Shown here in pieces: positions 27,467 to 35,956 of a stretch of 64,000 bases of DNA; position 1 is the first letter of the stretch, and each line of letters starts with the position of its first letter. Source of the stretch: Candidatus Wildermuthbacteria bacterium (lineage in GTDB: Bacteria > Patescibacteriota > Minisyncoccia > Minisyncoccales > UBA10102); the NCBI GenBank assembly GCA_016186115.1, contig JACPMK010000002.1, positions 8,983 through 72,982 of the forward strand. The letters run 5' to 3'. Under the pieces are notes generated by a model, which was not told the origin of the DNA, made no database searches, and was given only the letters and a program-made list of their open reading frames with translations. The position numbers and the translations under genes were made by a program.

Positions 27467-27928
27467 GTTTCATACAGTTGAGCAGATCTTTTCATAAGTT
27501 AAGACGCGTCAATGAGTGCCCGACCGAGCATTAAGTGAAGAATTTAGTGCTTGGCGGGGACTGATTGAACATAAAAAAGAAGGGGGTACGCCATGGCTAG
27601 CAATTCTAAACCGGTAAAATATTTCGTGGTGAAGGGCATGGTGGCCTTTACCAGACAGGAGGCGCTCGGTCTTAAACAGAAGTAGAGCGCCGCATGCCGG
27701 TGGCACGCCGGCAGAGGTGGAGACCTTTCTGAGTCGCACTTGCTCGGATCGCCTGAAATGTCTCCAATCTCTTAAGTCCATGACATGAGTCGTGCGTTTA
27801 AGAGATTGACAACAGCTCTTTATAAAACTTTTCCATAGCGGCGAAATGGACATTAATGCAGAACCATTCAGAACAATTTCTTTTAGGAATGTATGTACCA
27901 AACAGTTAGTGTCCAGTTCGCCGCTATG
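27467..27928 (+). ncRNA. candidate structured RNA or long 5' leader (class unknown)
   Basis: Six helices were read by eye:
- 27524-27537 with 27737-27747, enclosing about 200 nt.
- 27628-27637 with 27643-27652.
- 27661-27667 with 27685-27691.
- 27695-27700 with 27708-27713.
- 27765-27775 with 27798-27808.
- 27835-27856 with 27906-27927, a 22-nt arm pair with 20/22 complementarity that ends 1 nt before the SD.
The only long ORF here (minus strand, 130 aa) looks non-coding. Confidence 0.4.
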
Positions 27929-27940
27929 AAAGGAGAAATC

Positions 27941-28183
27941 ATGCTTTTTTATATTATTTTTATCATGGTGCTGGTTGCGATCGCGTTTGTGCTATGGCTA
28001 GTTTTGAGAGCTTTGGATCGGAAGGAAGAAATTCAAGACAAGAGTTCTCAAAGCGTCAGCCCAGAGGATCTTATCGGGATTCTTTCTGGGCCTAATGATC
28101 CAAGGCACAACGCAGCGTATCCTGCGTTGTGGAATTATCTGGAGAATCACGAAGAGGACGATGATCACCACGCCATACATTAA
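27941..28183 (+). CDS. small membrane protein with an acidic/His-rich tail, unknown function
   Basis: 80 aa counted from the ATG at 27941, preceded by AAAGGAG. One TM (MLFYIIFIMVLVAIAFVLWLVL). C-terminus NHEEDDDHHAIH. Confidence 0.6.
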   Translation: MLFYIIFIMVLVAIAFVLWLVLRALDRKEEIQDKSSQSVSPEDLIGILSGPNDPRHNAAYPALWNYLENHEEDDDHHAIH

Positions 28184-28369
28184 GGGAGAGCAGCAATTGT
28201 TCGTTGCTCTCCCGCCCATCAAAGTTCGGCACATTCGACAAGCTCAGAGGCGGATTTTGATGGGGAAAGTTATTTCAAGAACGATGTGAGGACTTGCACA
28301 AGTCCTTAATTATATGGTAAATTCATATAAGTGGCTAGATTCTAATGAAAGTAAACGAAGGAGGAGAAA

Positions 28370-28633
28370 ATGGAATACAGATTGAGTCCCCGGCGCCTTA
28401 ACTGGCGAGAGCCCGGGGATCCAGAAACCGTCGCGCACGAGTGCGATGGAAAAGATCACTATCTCGTCGATCTGTCTCGTTGCGTGTTCCCTGTGGCAGT
28501 ACGATTGGGAGAGGGACATGGGGTGGTGCAAATCCGAAGAGAGGGGGCATGCCCTAATCCTGTTAGATGCGATGGAGCGTTGGAAGATCTCATCGCACAA
28601 AATGACGCAGAAATGACAATTAAATATAACTAG
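28370..28633 (+). CDS. hypothetical protein (orphan)
   Basis: 87 aa. AAGGAGGAG SD. GC-richer than its surroundings. No motif recognised. Confidence 0.5.
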   Translation: MEYRLSPRRLNWREPGDPETVAHECDGKDHYLVDLSRCVFPVAVRLGEGHGVVQIRREGACPNPVRCDGALEDLIAQNDAEMTIKYN

Positions 28634-28910
28634 TCGAACTTAACAGGGAGGCGCATGTCCAAACCGACTACGCCTCCCACCACAATTTTGATTCTTCTTT
28701 TTCATAGGGGCTTTTGGGGATGATTTTCCGCTTGTTGAAGACAATTTGCTCTTTTCAATCTCCCTCCTTTATTCTATTTCAACAAGCACCTAAGAGCCCC
28801 GCTGAAAAGGAAGAAAAAGAAAACCCTGAAATGGTTTTCTTTTTTGCTGGACAAGGCATAGAAAATGTGCAATACTACAGTTAGATTCAGTTTCTGAAGG
28901 AGGGGTTCCA

Positions 28911-29396
28911 ATGAGTCAGCTGACGCTTAGGTTGCCTAGTGCCTCCATACATTTCATGTGTCCTCTTACCGATGTTCGCTGCGTGAAGATTCACGGGAGC
29001 ACACTATTTCTACCTGGCGACTGGGAGAAGGGTAAAAGAGGTGTAATTATTCACTGTGATTTTCCTGGAGTCGCCTTCAATAGACCAGAAGATCTCGAAC
29101 GGCTATTCAGCGGGCGCTCGTTTGAGATAGAGATCGATCTCGACAGGATTTCTCCGGTTATTTCAATCCGTCAACAGGTATGGCGCCGGGCATTTTCGGC
29201 AATGTGGCTTACCCGCTTTTTCGAAGGAGAGAAGGTTGGTGGAAATCCCATCTGGAAGCATCGGGGGCCAGCTTGGCTCCTTTTGTGCACCGATGACCTT
29301 CGGAGAGGACGGGTCCACAGGGCGGGCCATTCGGAGGAATATGGCATTGAGTCCAAGACAATCAATGAAGTAATAATGCAAAGGGCTGCTTCGTAA
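28911..29396 (+). CDS. hypothetical protein (orphan)
   Basis: 161 aa. GAAGGAGGGG SD. Upstream terminator (GAAAACC/GGTTTTC + TTTTTT) and downstream terminator. No motif recognised. Confidence 0.55.
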   Translation: MSQLTLRLPSASIHFMCPLTDVRCVKIHGSTLFLPGDWEKGKRGVIIHCDFPGVAFNRPEDLERLFSGRSFEIEIDLDRISPVISIRQQVWRRAFSAMWLTRFFEGEKVGGNPIWKHRGPAWLLLCTDDLRRGRVHRAGHSEEYGIESKTINEVIMQRAAS

Positions 29397-29415
29397 GAAG
29401 CGGCCCTCCTTTATT
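29383..29415 (+). terminator. intrinsic terminator
   Basis: GGGCTGCTTC-GTAA-GAAGCGGCCC stem-loop (one G-T pair) followed by TCCTTTATT. The stop codon lies in the loop. Confidence 0.7.
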
Positions 29416-29455
29416 GTGAGTGAAAAATAAGTGTGATATAGTGTATTCGTATTTT

Positions 29456-30664
29456 ATGAAAAAGATTGCACAGATTATTTTTATTGGTATCGGAGCTGTC
29501 GGGTTGGTCGTGCTTGGTTTTGGAGCTGGGTTTTCTGTCGGCAAAGAGCAGGGGACTGTGATTCCTATTGAGGGCGCAATCAATTTGACTCAAGACAAAC
29601 CCGCAGCAGCTGACTTTTCTCTTTTTTGGCGGGCATGGGGTGTAATACAGAATCAATTTGCTGACCGGAATGAGTTGAACCAGCAGAACATGATGTACGG
29701 CGCGATTTCTGGAATGGTGGAGAGTTTGGGGGATGAGTATACTGTGTTTATGACTCCGGATGAGTCAAAGAAGTTTTTGGAAGACGTTTCCGGTACTTTT
29801 GAAGGAGTCGGGATGGAGGTTGGCATGCGCGACGGGCAACTAAAAGTCATTGCTCCTCTCGAGAAATCCCCGGCTCAAAAAGCAGGGATCATGGCGGGAG
29901 ATACAATCGTAAACATTGACGATACTTCAACAGAAAACATATCTTTGGATCAGGCAATTTTCCTGATTCGCGGCCCCAAAGGAACGAACGTGCGGTTGTT
30001 GATTATGCGACAGGGTTTCAATCAGCCAAAGGAATTCGTTATCAAACGTGATGTTATTGAGGTCCCTTCTCTCAAATGGGAACTGAAAGATAAGGTTGCC
30101 TATATTCATCTGTATCAATTTTCTGATCGGGTAGTGCAAGATTTCCGTAAGGCGGCTTCCCAGATTCTTTCTTCGGGAGCGGATCGGATTGTGCTTGATT
30201 TGAGAAATAATCCGGGAGGATATTTGCAGGCCGCTCAAGACATTGCAGGATGGTTCTTGAAAGACGGTCAAACCGTTGTGATAGAGGATTTCAAAGCCGA
30301 AGGGAAGCAGGAGCCCTATGCGGTAGAAGGCGATGGTGCATTTTTGCATTATCCTATGGTAGTATTAATGAATCAGGGATCGGCCTCGGCATCAGAGATT
30401 CTCGCGGGAGCCATTCGGGACAACCGCGGAATTATGCTGATTGGCGAGCAATCGTTTGGCAAAGGATCTGTGCAGGAGCTTGTCAAATTGCAGGATAGTT
30501 CTACGATAAAAGTAACAGTTGCGCGCTGGCTTACTCCCAAAGGCAATCAGATTGACGGCAAGGGTCTGAAACCGGATATTGAAGTAAAGATCACCGAAGA
30601 GGACAGTGTACAAGGGAAAGATCCGCAGCTCGAGAAAGCTCTTGAAGTTGTGAAAGATTTATGA
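29456..30664 (+). CDS. ctpA: carboxy-terminal processing protease (S41, CtpA/Prc-like) with a PDZ domain
   Basis: N-terminal TM, PDZ (GIMAGDTIVNIDD), S41 catalytic region GSASASEILAGA and a downstream Lys. I prefer the ATG at 29456 (MKKIAQIIF...). Confidence 0.88.
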   Translation: MKKIAQIIFIGIGAVGLVVLGFGAGFSVGKEQGTVIPIEGAINLTQDKPAAADFSLFWRAWGVIQNQFADRNELNQQNMMYGAISGMVESLGDEYTVFMTPDESKKFLEDVSGTFEGVGMEVGMRDGQLKVIAPLEKSPAQKAGIMAGDTIVNIDDTSTENISLDQAIFLIRGPKGTNVRLLIMRQGFNQPKEFVIKRDVIEVPSLKWELKDKVAYIHLYQFSDRVVQDFRKAASQILSSGADRIVLDLRNNPGGYLQAAQDIAGWFLKDGQTVVIEDFKAEGKQEPYAVEGDGAFLHYPMVVLMNQGSASASEILAGAIRDNRGIMLIGEQSFGKGSVQELVKLQDSSTIKVTVARWLTPKGNQIDGKGLKPDIEVKITEEDSVQGKDPQLEKALEVVKDL

Positions 30665-30700
30665 GAGAATACCAAGATATATAAAGATCAGCTAAAAATT

Positions 30701-31156
30701 ATGAGAGTGGTGTTATTGAGCGATATCGAAAACATAGGAAAACAATTTGAAATCAAAGAAGTTGCAGACGGCTACGCAAGAAATTTTCTCATTCCTCAAG
30801 GGCTGGTGCGTCCTGCCACCAAACAAACACTTCAGTGGCTTTCTATGCAAAAAGAAATTGCAGAGAAAAAAGCAGAAGATGCGCTCAAACAAACTCAAGA
30901 ATTGGCCTCGAAATTAGATGATCTCGAGGTCTCCATCCCTATGAAAGTTGGCGAAGAGGGCCAGCTTTTTGAGGCAATCACCGCGGCCAAAATTGCCGAT
31001 CGTTTGAAAGAGATGGGATACGATGTGAAAAAGAATCAGGTGAAAATTGAAAATCCCATCAAAGAGCTTGGGGAATTTCCCGTCAAAATTGCTTTCGATC
31101 ATAATTTGGAAGCAGAGATCAGCGTTATCGTCACCGAAGAAGAAAGCAACGGCTAA
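30701..31156 (+). CDS. rplI: 50S ribosomal protein L9
   Basis: 151 aa. MRVVLLSDIENIGKQFEIKEVADGYARNFLIPQGL is a canonical L9 N-terminus. Confidence 0.93.
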   Translation: MRVVLLSDIENIGKQFEIKEVADGYARNFLIPQGLVRPATKQTLQWLSMQKEIAEKKAEDALKQTQELASKLDDLEVSIPMKVGEEGQLFEAITAAKIADRLKEMGYDVKKNQVKIENPIKELGEFPVKIAFDHNLEAEISVIVTEEESNG

Positions 31157-31188
31157 ATTGGGTTTTTGATAAGGTAACCATTTTCACA

Positions 31189-32814
31189 ATGACAAGGTTT
31201 ATTTTTGTTGCGGGCGGAGTCATGTCGGGCGTAGGGAAGGGTGTCGCTACTGCTTCCATCGCAAAGATTCTCCAGAGCAAAGGATTTCGGGTAAGTGCGC
31301 TCAAAATTGATCCCTATATCAATGTAGATGCAGGAACAATGAACCCCATTGAGCATGGGGAAGTTTTTGTGACCGACGATGGCACAGAATGCGATCAGGA
31401 TGTTGGCAACTACGAGCGTTTTTTAAACGAAAGTTTTAGCACATGGAACTATCTTACAACCGGCCGCGTGTATCAGGCGGTGATCAATCGCGAGCGAAAT
31501 CTTGAATACGGCGGACGGTGCGTTGAAGTTGTGCCTCACATTCCTCTCGAGGTTATTGCGCGCATCGAAGAGGCAGGCAAGAAAGACAGGGCGGATTTTA
31601 TTCTTGTTGAAATCGGAGGCACCGTAGGGGAGTATCAAAACCTTCTTTTTTTGGAAGCCGCGCGTATGATGAAACTCACTATGCCTAGCCGGGTTCTTTT
31701 TGCTTTGGTTACGTATTTGCCAGTGCCCCGGATGATCGGAGAAATGAAAACCAAACCCACCCAGACCGCAGTTCGTTCTTTAAACTCGGCAGGAATTCAG
31801 CCCGATATTATTCTTGCGCGATCGGAATTGCCGGTTGATGAACCGCGCAAGAAAAAAATTTCTATCTTTTGCAATGTTGCGCCCGAAGATGTGATTTCGG
31901 CTCCTGATGTCCATTCGATTTATGAAATTCCTTTGAATTTTGAAAAAGATAATCTGGGAAACCGAATTCTGCAAAAATTTCGACTGCAAAAAAAAGCCCA
32001 TGATTTGCGCGATTGGAGACGATTGGTAGAAGTGATCCATGCAAAAAAGCCGGAAGTTCATATCGGCGTGGTGGGGAAATATTTTGAAACAGGGGAATTC
32101 ACTCTCATGGATTCTTACATTTCTGTCATTGAAGCAATTAAGCATGCGAGCTGGGCAAATAAGAGAGAACCAAAAATCACGTGGCTTTCAGCGGAAAAAT
32201 ATGAAAAAAATCCCAAAGCGATTAAGGAGCTCGCATCATTCGACGGCATTATTGTTCCCGGAGGGTTTGGAAACAGGGGAGTGGAGGGAAAAATAAAAGC
32301 CATTCAATTTTGCAGGGAACAAAGAATCTCATTTTTGGGACTTTGCTTTGGTTTGCAGCTGGCGGTCATTGAATTTGCAAGAAATGCGTGTGGAGTTCGA
32401 GACGCAACTTCGGGCGAGTTTAATCCTCATGCCAAGCATCTTCTGATCGATGTGATGCCAGAGCAAAAGGTACTGCTCAAGGAAAAACGCTACGGCGGCA
32501 CGATGCGGCTCGGCAAATATTTTTGTCAGATTACAAAAGGGACTCATGCTTTCCGGGCGTACGGACAGACCGAAATCTCCGAGCGCCATCGCCATCGCTA
32601 CGAGGTAAACAACGAATACCGCGAGATCTTGGAAAAGAAGGGGATGGTATTTTCTGGCATTAATCCCGAAAGAAACTTGGTAGAAATTATGGAGTTAAAA
32701 AACCACCCATTTTTTGTGGGTGTTCAATTTCATCCGGAGTTAAGGTCGCGTCCCCTTATTCCTCATCCATTATTTCGAGAGTTCGTGCGGGTGAGTTCCC
32801 GTGGGAGAACATGA
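31189..32814 (+). CDS. pyrG: CTP synthase
   Basis: 541 aa. N-terminal synthetase domain ([13 protein letters not shown]), C-terminal glutamine amidotransferase domain (GLCFGLQ, FHPE). Confidence 0.95.
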   Translation: MTRFIFVAGGVMSGVGKGVATASIAKILQSKGFRVSALKIDPYINVDAGTMNPIEHGEVFVTDDGTECDQDVGNYERFLNESFSTWNYLTTGRVYQAVINRERNLEYGGRCVEVVPHIPLEVIARIEEAGKKDRADFILVEIGGTVGEYQNLLFLEAARMMKLTMPSRVLFALVTYLPVPRMIGEMKTKPTQTAVRSLNSAGIQPDIILARSELPVDEPRKKKISIFCNVAPEDVISAPDVHSIYEIPLNFEKDNLGNRILQKFRLQKKAHDLRDWRRLVEVIHAKKPEVHIGVVGKYFETGEFTLMDSYISVIEAIKHASWANKREPKITWLSAEKYEKNPKAIKELASFDGIIVPGGFGNRGVEGKIKAIQFCREQRISFLGLCFGLQLAVIEFARNACGVRDATSGEFNPHAKHLLIDVMPEQKVLLKEKRYGGTMRLGKYFCQITKGTHAFRAYGQTEISERHRHRYEVNNEYREILEKKGMVFSGINPERNLVEIMELKNHPFFVGVQFHPELRSRPLIPHPLFREFVRVSSRGRT

Positions 32815-33074
32815 ACTTTTCTTGCAAGCCGGCGGGAATTTGTAAAGCTTCTTTTCCGAAAAGGAGTAAAGCGAACAATTCCCTCGCACAATGCAAAAAG
32901 GGTATTATCGCGGCCAATTCCTACATTTTTGCCGGCGAAAAAATGTGTTCCATGCTGCCGAACCAAAATTTGACCAGCTTTTGTAAACTGCCCTTCGAAA
33001 AGTTTGATTCCAAGATATTTGGGCTGCGAATCCCTTCCTAGTTGCGTGGATCCGCCAGCTTTTGATGTAGCCAT
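32763..33074 (-). CDS. rpmA: 50S ribosomal protein L27
   Basis: [20 protein letters not shown]...[24 protein letters not shown] matches L27. The C-terminal extension overlaps the pyrG 3' end by 52 nt (convergent genes). Confidence 0.9.
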   Translation of the reverse strand: MATSKAGGSTQLGRDSQPKYLGIKLFEGQFTKAGQILVRQHGTHFFAGKNVGIGRDNTLFALCEGIVRFTPFRKRSFTNSRRLARKVHVLPRELTRTNSRNNG

Positions 33075-33082
33075 ACCTTTCT

Positions 33083-33274
33083 ATGGTATCAAGGTTTCAA
33101 GAGATTGTCAATGAGCTTTTAGAACTGATCAAAAAATATGAAAAGGATATTGTCCTTGTAATTGGAGTTATTTTGATTTCTTTGCTTTCTTTTGCGATTG
33201 GGTATCTTGTTGCGAAAGAGCAGCTCAAGGAGCCCATTCAAATTGAAGATTTTTCGTCTGCCGATCGTCAATAA
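33083..33274 (+). CDS. small single-TM protein, unknown function
   Basis: 63 aa, one TM (IVLVIGVILISLLSFAIGYLV). No obvious SD. An AT-rich hairpin (AATAAGAG/CTCTTATT) follows. Confidence 0.35.
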   Translation: MVSRFQEIVNELLELIKKYEKDIVLVIGVILISLLSFAIGYLVAKEQLKEPIQIEDFSSADRQ

Positions 33275-33292
33275 GAGTAGCTCTTATTCATC

Positions 33293-33320
33293 TTGAAATG
33301 TAGGGGTAAAACGCTATAAT
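33293..33320 (+). promoter_or_regulatory. sigma70-like promoter (TTGAAA-16-TATAAT)
   Basis: TTGAAA at 33293-33298 and TATAAT at 33315-33320. AAAGGAGGTGAGG SD before the TTG start at 33362. Confidence 0.55.
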
Positions 33321-33361
33321 AGAAAAAGAATTCTCGAGTGTAAAGAGAAAGGAGGTGAGGA

Positions 33362-34216
33362 TTGGGTTCAGTAATAGTAAATACAGAGGAAGCGGTGGCG
33401 GCATACCTTCTTCAGGGAGGTGTCGGATTCCTTCCCTGGAGAGAGGGCTTATGGGCCATGGTCTGCGTTGAAGAGGCGGCAGAACGCATGGCTCAGATCA
33501 AGGGCAGAGAAGGGAAGAAACCCTTTTTCTACCTTGCGGTCGGGCCAGCAAAAGAACTTTGGACCTATCCCGGAATTGCGCATTTTGGGAATAATCTCCA
33601 CAAGGTGATTGTGGAGATCTGCGGGCGGGTCACGCCCATCGCGGTGCTTCTTCCCGCAGATTCGCGACTCCACAAGATTTCTCCTCGTACATGTGGTAAG
33701 ATAGAAATTTCTCAACGAGGGGAAAAGAAGACAGTACCTACAGTAGGATTTATGTTCGCGGGGAGTTCTCCGCCGGAAGAACAATTAGGCCATGGCGATA
33801 CCTTTGCTCGATTAAGAGCTCTGCTTCCTGCCGAAGTACGTATTCTTGGGACGTCGGCTAACAAGAGCGTAGATCCCTATACGAACGGATCTGGTCATTA
33901 CAATTTCCCGGATTTGGAATTTGATTTCCACGAGGATGAGGTATGTTTTTTGGTAAGACCATCTCACGCCCTGGCAGATAAACTACCCGTATCAGCATCA
34001 GTGGTTTATCTACGGGAGAGTGGATTTCCTTTTCGGGCAGTAGAAGGACATATTGTCCGGATCGGTTCAACTCCCGAAAACAAATTGCGGCAAATTTTAG
34101 AAGATGCGGGAGTTCGATCGATCCAACGAGCTCTTTCCTTTCGCGAAGTGCACGCTTATGATTACGCAGCACGCGAGCAAGCATGCAAGGATGCGATGCA
34201 ATATCCAAGGGCCTAG
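33362..34216 (+). CDS. divergent YrdC/Sua5 (threonylcarbamoyl-AMP synthase)-like domain protein
   Basis: 284 aa. YLLQGGVGFLPWREGLWAMVC...AAERMAQIKGREGKKPFFYLAV, then PIAVLLP and ILGTSANKS, follow the YrdC-domain order. However, the usual PTDT-type substrate loop reads PWRE. GC-richer than its neighbours. Confidence 0.45.
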   Translation: MGSVIVNTEEAVAAYLLQGGVGFLPWREGLWAMVCVEEAAERMAQIKGREGKKPFFYLAVGPAKELWTYPGIAHFGNNLHKVIVEICGRVTPIAVLLPADSRLHKISPRTCGKIEISQRGEKKTVPTVGFMFAGSSPPEEQLGHGDTFARLRALLPAEVRILGTSANKSVDPYTNGSGHYNFPDLEFDFHEDEVCFLVRPSHALADKLPVSASVVYLRESGFPFRAVEGHIVRIGSTPENKLRQILEDAGVRSIQRALSFREVHAYDYAAREQACKDAMQYPRA

Positions 34217-34441
34217 CTGACAATTATGTACCAGCTAGGCCCGTTTCATTCACTCTATGAGTGAGGGAAGTTTAACTTCCTTCATACTTTCATACTGACT
34301 TTGCAGATTTTCTTTAAGGATGCCTATGGGGTAGTAAAAGTTAGTCGAGCATTATTCAATAGGCAGCGGGGTTGACAGAAGAGAGTTAGATGCGCAGTGA
34401 GTAGGGGAGAGGTATAATGAAGTGATCTATGGAAAAAGCAA

Positions 34442-35398
34442 TCAGCTGGTCAGTTTTCCGCCGCTGTGGAATTTGCGATGAATATCGCGGAGTTGTTTTG
34501 AAGTGACGTGGGCGTAAATTTGGGTGGTGGCAAGATTTTTATGTCCAAGAAACTCCTGGATCAGTCGCAAATCCACTCCTTGGGCAAGAAGGTCCGTCGC
34601 AAAAGAATGGCGGAGCGTATGGGGAGTGGTAAATGAGGGGATTCCTGCCTTTGCCACGTATTTTTTTACGAGTTGTTCAATGGAGCGAGTCGAAAGCCGC
34701 CTGGGCCCTTTTGCGGGCCCTTTATAATTGATAAAGAGCGCTTTTTCTTCGTCTTTTCTTTTTGCGAGATACTTGCGCAGGGCTTCCACGGCGCGTTCCG
34801 AGAAATACACTGGCCTTGGACGGCTCCCTTTGCCAACAACTACTATTTCAAGATCCTTTGTATCGGGCAGAATTTTGAGCTGTTCACGGTCGAGACCCGC
34901 AAGTTCTGCAACGCGGAGACCGGTAGAAAAAAAGCTTTCCAATATTGCACGATCGCGAAGGCCAGCAGGAGAAGAGGAATCAGGCGCAGCGAGCAATTGA
35001 TTGAGTTGTTCTAACGTGAGGAATTTGACGGTGCGGCCTCCCTTTTCCCGGATAAGTTTTATTTTATCAGCAGGCAGGGAAAGGATATTGCGTTCTGCAA
35101 AATAGACCAAAAGGTTCCGTAGGGCGATGAGATAATAGTTTTGGGTGGAATGTTTGAGGGGTTCTTTGGTCGTTTGGTTGAGGGTACGAGAGAGGAACAC
35201 TCTAAAGTCCCAAATATGTTTATCAGTGAGCTCGTGAGGTTTTAGTTCCGATAAATTATTTTTTTGGAGCCAGTCAGAAAATTTTTTCAAAAATCTTGCA
35301 TAGGTTTGCTGGCTTTTGTTGCTCAAGCCTTTTTCAATATCTACATATTCCAGAAAGTTATGAATATGGCCTGGGATTGGTTTTTCGCTGGTTTCCAT
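34442..35398 (-). CDS. tyrosine recombinase, XerC/XerD family
   Basis: 318 aa. N-terminal SAM-like core-binding domain. Catalytic region with R (GLRVAE), HTLRHSFAT, LGH and the Tyr in TQIYAHV. Confidence 0.88.
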   Translation of the reverse strand: METSEKPIPGHIHNFLEYVDIEKGLSNKSQQTYARFLKKFSDWLQKNNLSELKPHELTDKHIWDFRVFLSRTLNQTTKEPLKHSTQNYYLIALRNLLVYFAERNILSLPADKIKLIREKGGRTVKFLTLEQLNQLLAAPDSSSPAGLRDRAILESFFSTGLRVAELAGLDREQLKILPDTKDLEIVVVGKGSRPRPVYFSERAVEALRKYLAKRKDEEKALFINYKGPAKGPRRLSTRSIEQLVKKYVAKAGIPSFTTPHTLRHSFATDLLAQGVDLRLIQEFLGHKNLATTQIYAHVTSKQLRDIHRKFHSGGKLTS

Positions 35399-35520
35399 AG
35401 GGTTCTTTTATTATACTCTATACTTCGGTAAAGGTACATTATGCGAAGTATACTATATTCAATATAAACCCTCCCCTAGGGGGTCGTCAATAGGGTTCAT
35501 CGGCTCTTCGAGAGACAGCG

Positions 35521-35952
35521 TTACTTTTGCTGCGGTTCTTTCGTATTGAAAAGGGAAATAAATTTCTCAAAAATATTTTTACTTTGTTTGAACGTTTGCG
35601 TTTGGAGATCGTGTTGCACCTCTTGTTTTTCTTTTTGCAGCTCTTCTTCAAGAGCAGGACGCTTTGATTCAAAAAGGTTGAGCACAAAGGTCTTTATCCC
35701 CTGCCAAATCTTTTTGCCCCATGAAAAAACGTAGATATCCATCTGCTTTTGGATCCAGCTGGCCACGCCAAACATGAAAGGAGCAATCTTTTGCTGCCAG
35801 ATGCGCACTACGCTTTCGTTCATTTTTTGCAGTTGACCAGATGCATCTTGAGGTTGCGGTGAGGGTTGTGCTGCCAAGACATTGAAAAACAAAGCCAATC
35901 CCGCAGCTATGCAGAGCATTATGAGCAAATTTCTATAGGAGAAAGAGAGCAT
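35521..35952 (-). CDS. secreted/membrane-anchored hypothetical protein
   Basis: I prefer the ATG at 35952 (MLSFSYRNLLIMLCIAAGLALFFNVLAA, signal-like), 4 nt after the gltX stop. The longer ORF would overlap gltX by 80 nt. Confidence 0.5.
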   Translation of the reverse strand: MLSFSYRNLLIMLCIAAGLALFFNVLAAQPSPQPQDASGQLQKMNESVVRIWQQKIAPFMFGVASWIQKQMDIYVFSWGKKIWQGIKTFVLNLFESKRPALEEELQKEKQEVQHDLQTQTFKQSKNIFEKFISLFNTKEPQQK

Positions 35953-35956
35953 ATTT

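Noticed and set aside
27509-27901. 130-aa minus-strand ORF covering the structured region.
   Set aside because: It has no SD and an odd composition (Arg, Ser, His and Cys rich, with no hydrophobic core pattern). It coincides with dense plus-strand helices downstream of a strong plus-strand promoter, so it is better explained as non-coding.
27467-27928. Identity of the structured region as RNase P RNA, tmRNA, SRP RNA, 6S RNA, a T-box, a cobalamin riboswitch or a retron msr/msd.
   Set aside because: Each candidate lacks its defining feature:
- RNase P: no GAGGAAAGUCC / ACAGAAnCCGGCUUA P4 pair on either strand.
- tmRNA: GGGGACUGAUU resembles a tmRNA 5' end, but there is no T-arm or ..CCA-type 3' end and no Ala-rich tag.
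- SRP: UUUACCAG is present, but the GGAA tetraloop and AGCAGC helix-8 core are absent.
- T-box: GGUGGCAC resembles a T-box core, but there is no specifier or stem I features and no terminator.
- Retron: no reverse transcriptase gene nearby.
32763-32814. The 52-nt convergent overlap of the pyrG and rpmA 3' ends, considered as a regulatory antisense arrangement.
   Set aside because: The overlap is most simply explained by a non-conserved C-terminal read-on of L27 to the next stop codon. Nothing in the sequence suggests a dedicated function.
34217-34441. TTGACA ... TATAAT pair near 34364-34410, considered as a plus-strand promoter for an RNA antisense to the recombinase gene.
   Set aside because: The spacer between the two hexamers is about 35 nt, far from the functional 16-18 nt. 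No downstream plus-strand gene or structure supports it.
20268-35398. A genomic island integrated at tRNA-Lys and bounded by the Xer-type recombinase.
   Set aside because: The interval contains core genes (ctpA, rplI, pyrG, rpmA). No direct repeat of the tRNA 3' end is found near the recombinase. The recombinase looks like a chromosomal XerC/D type.
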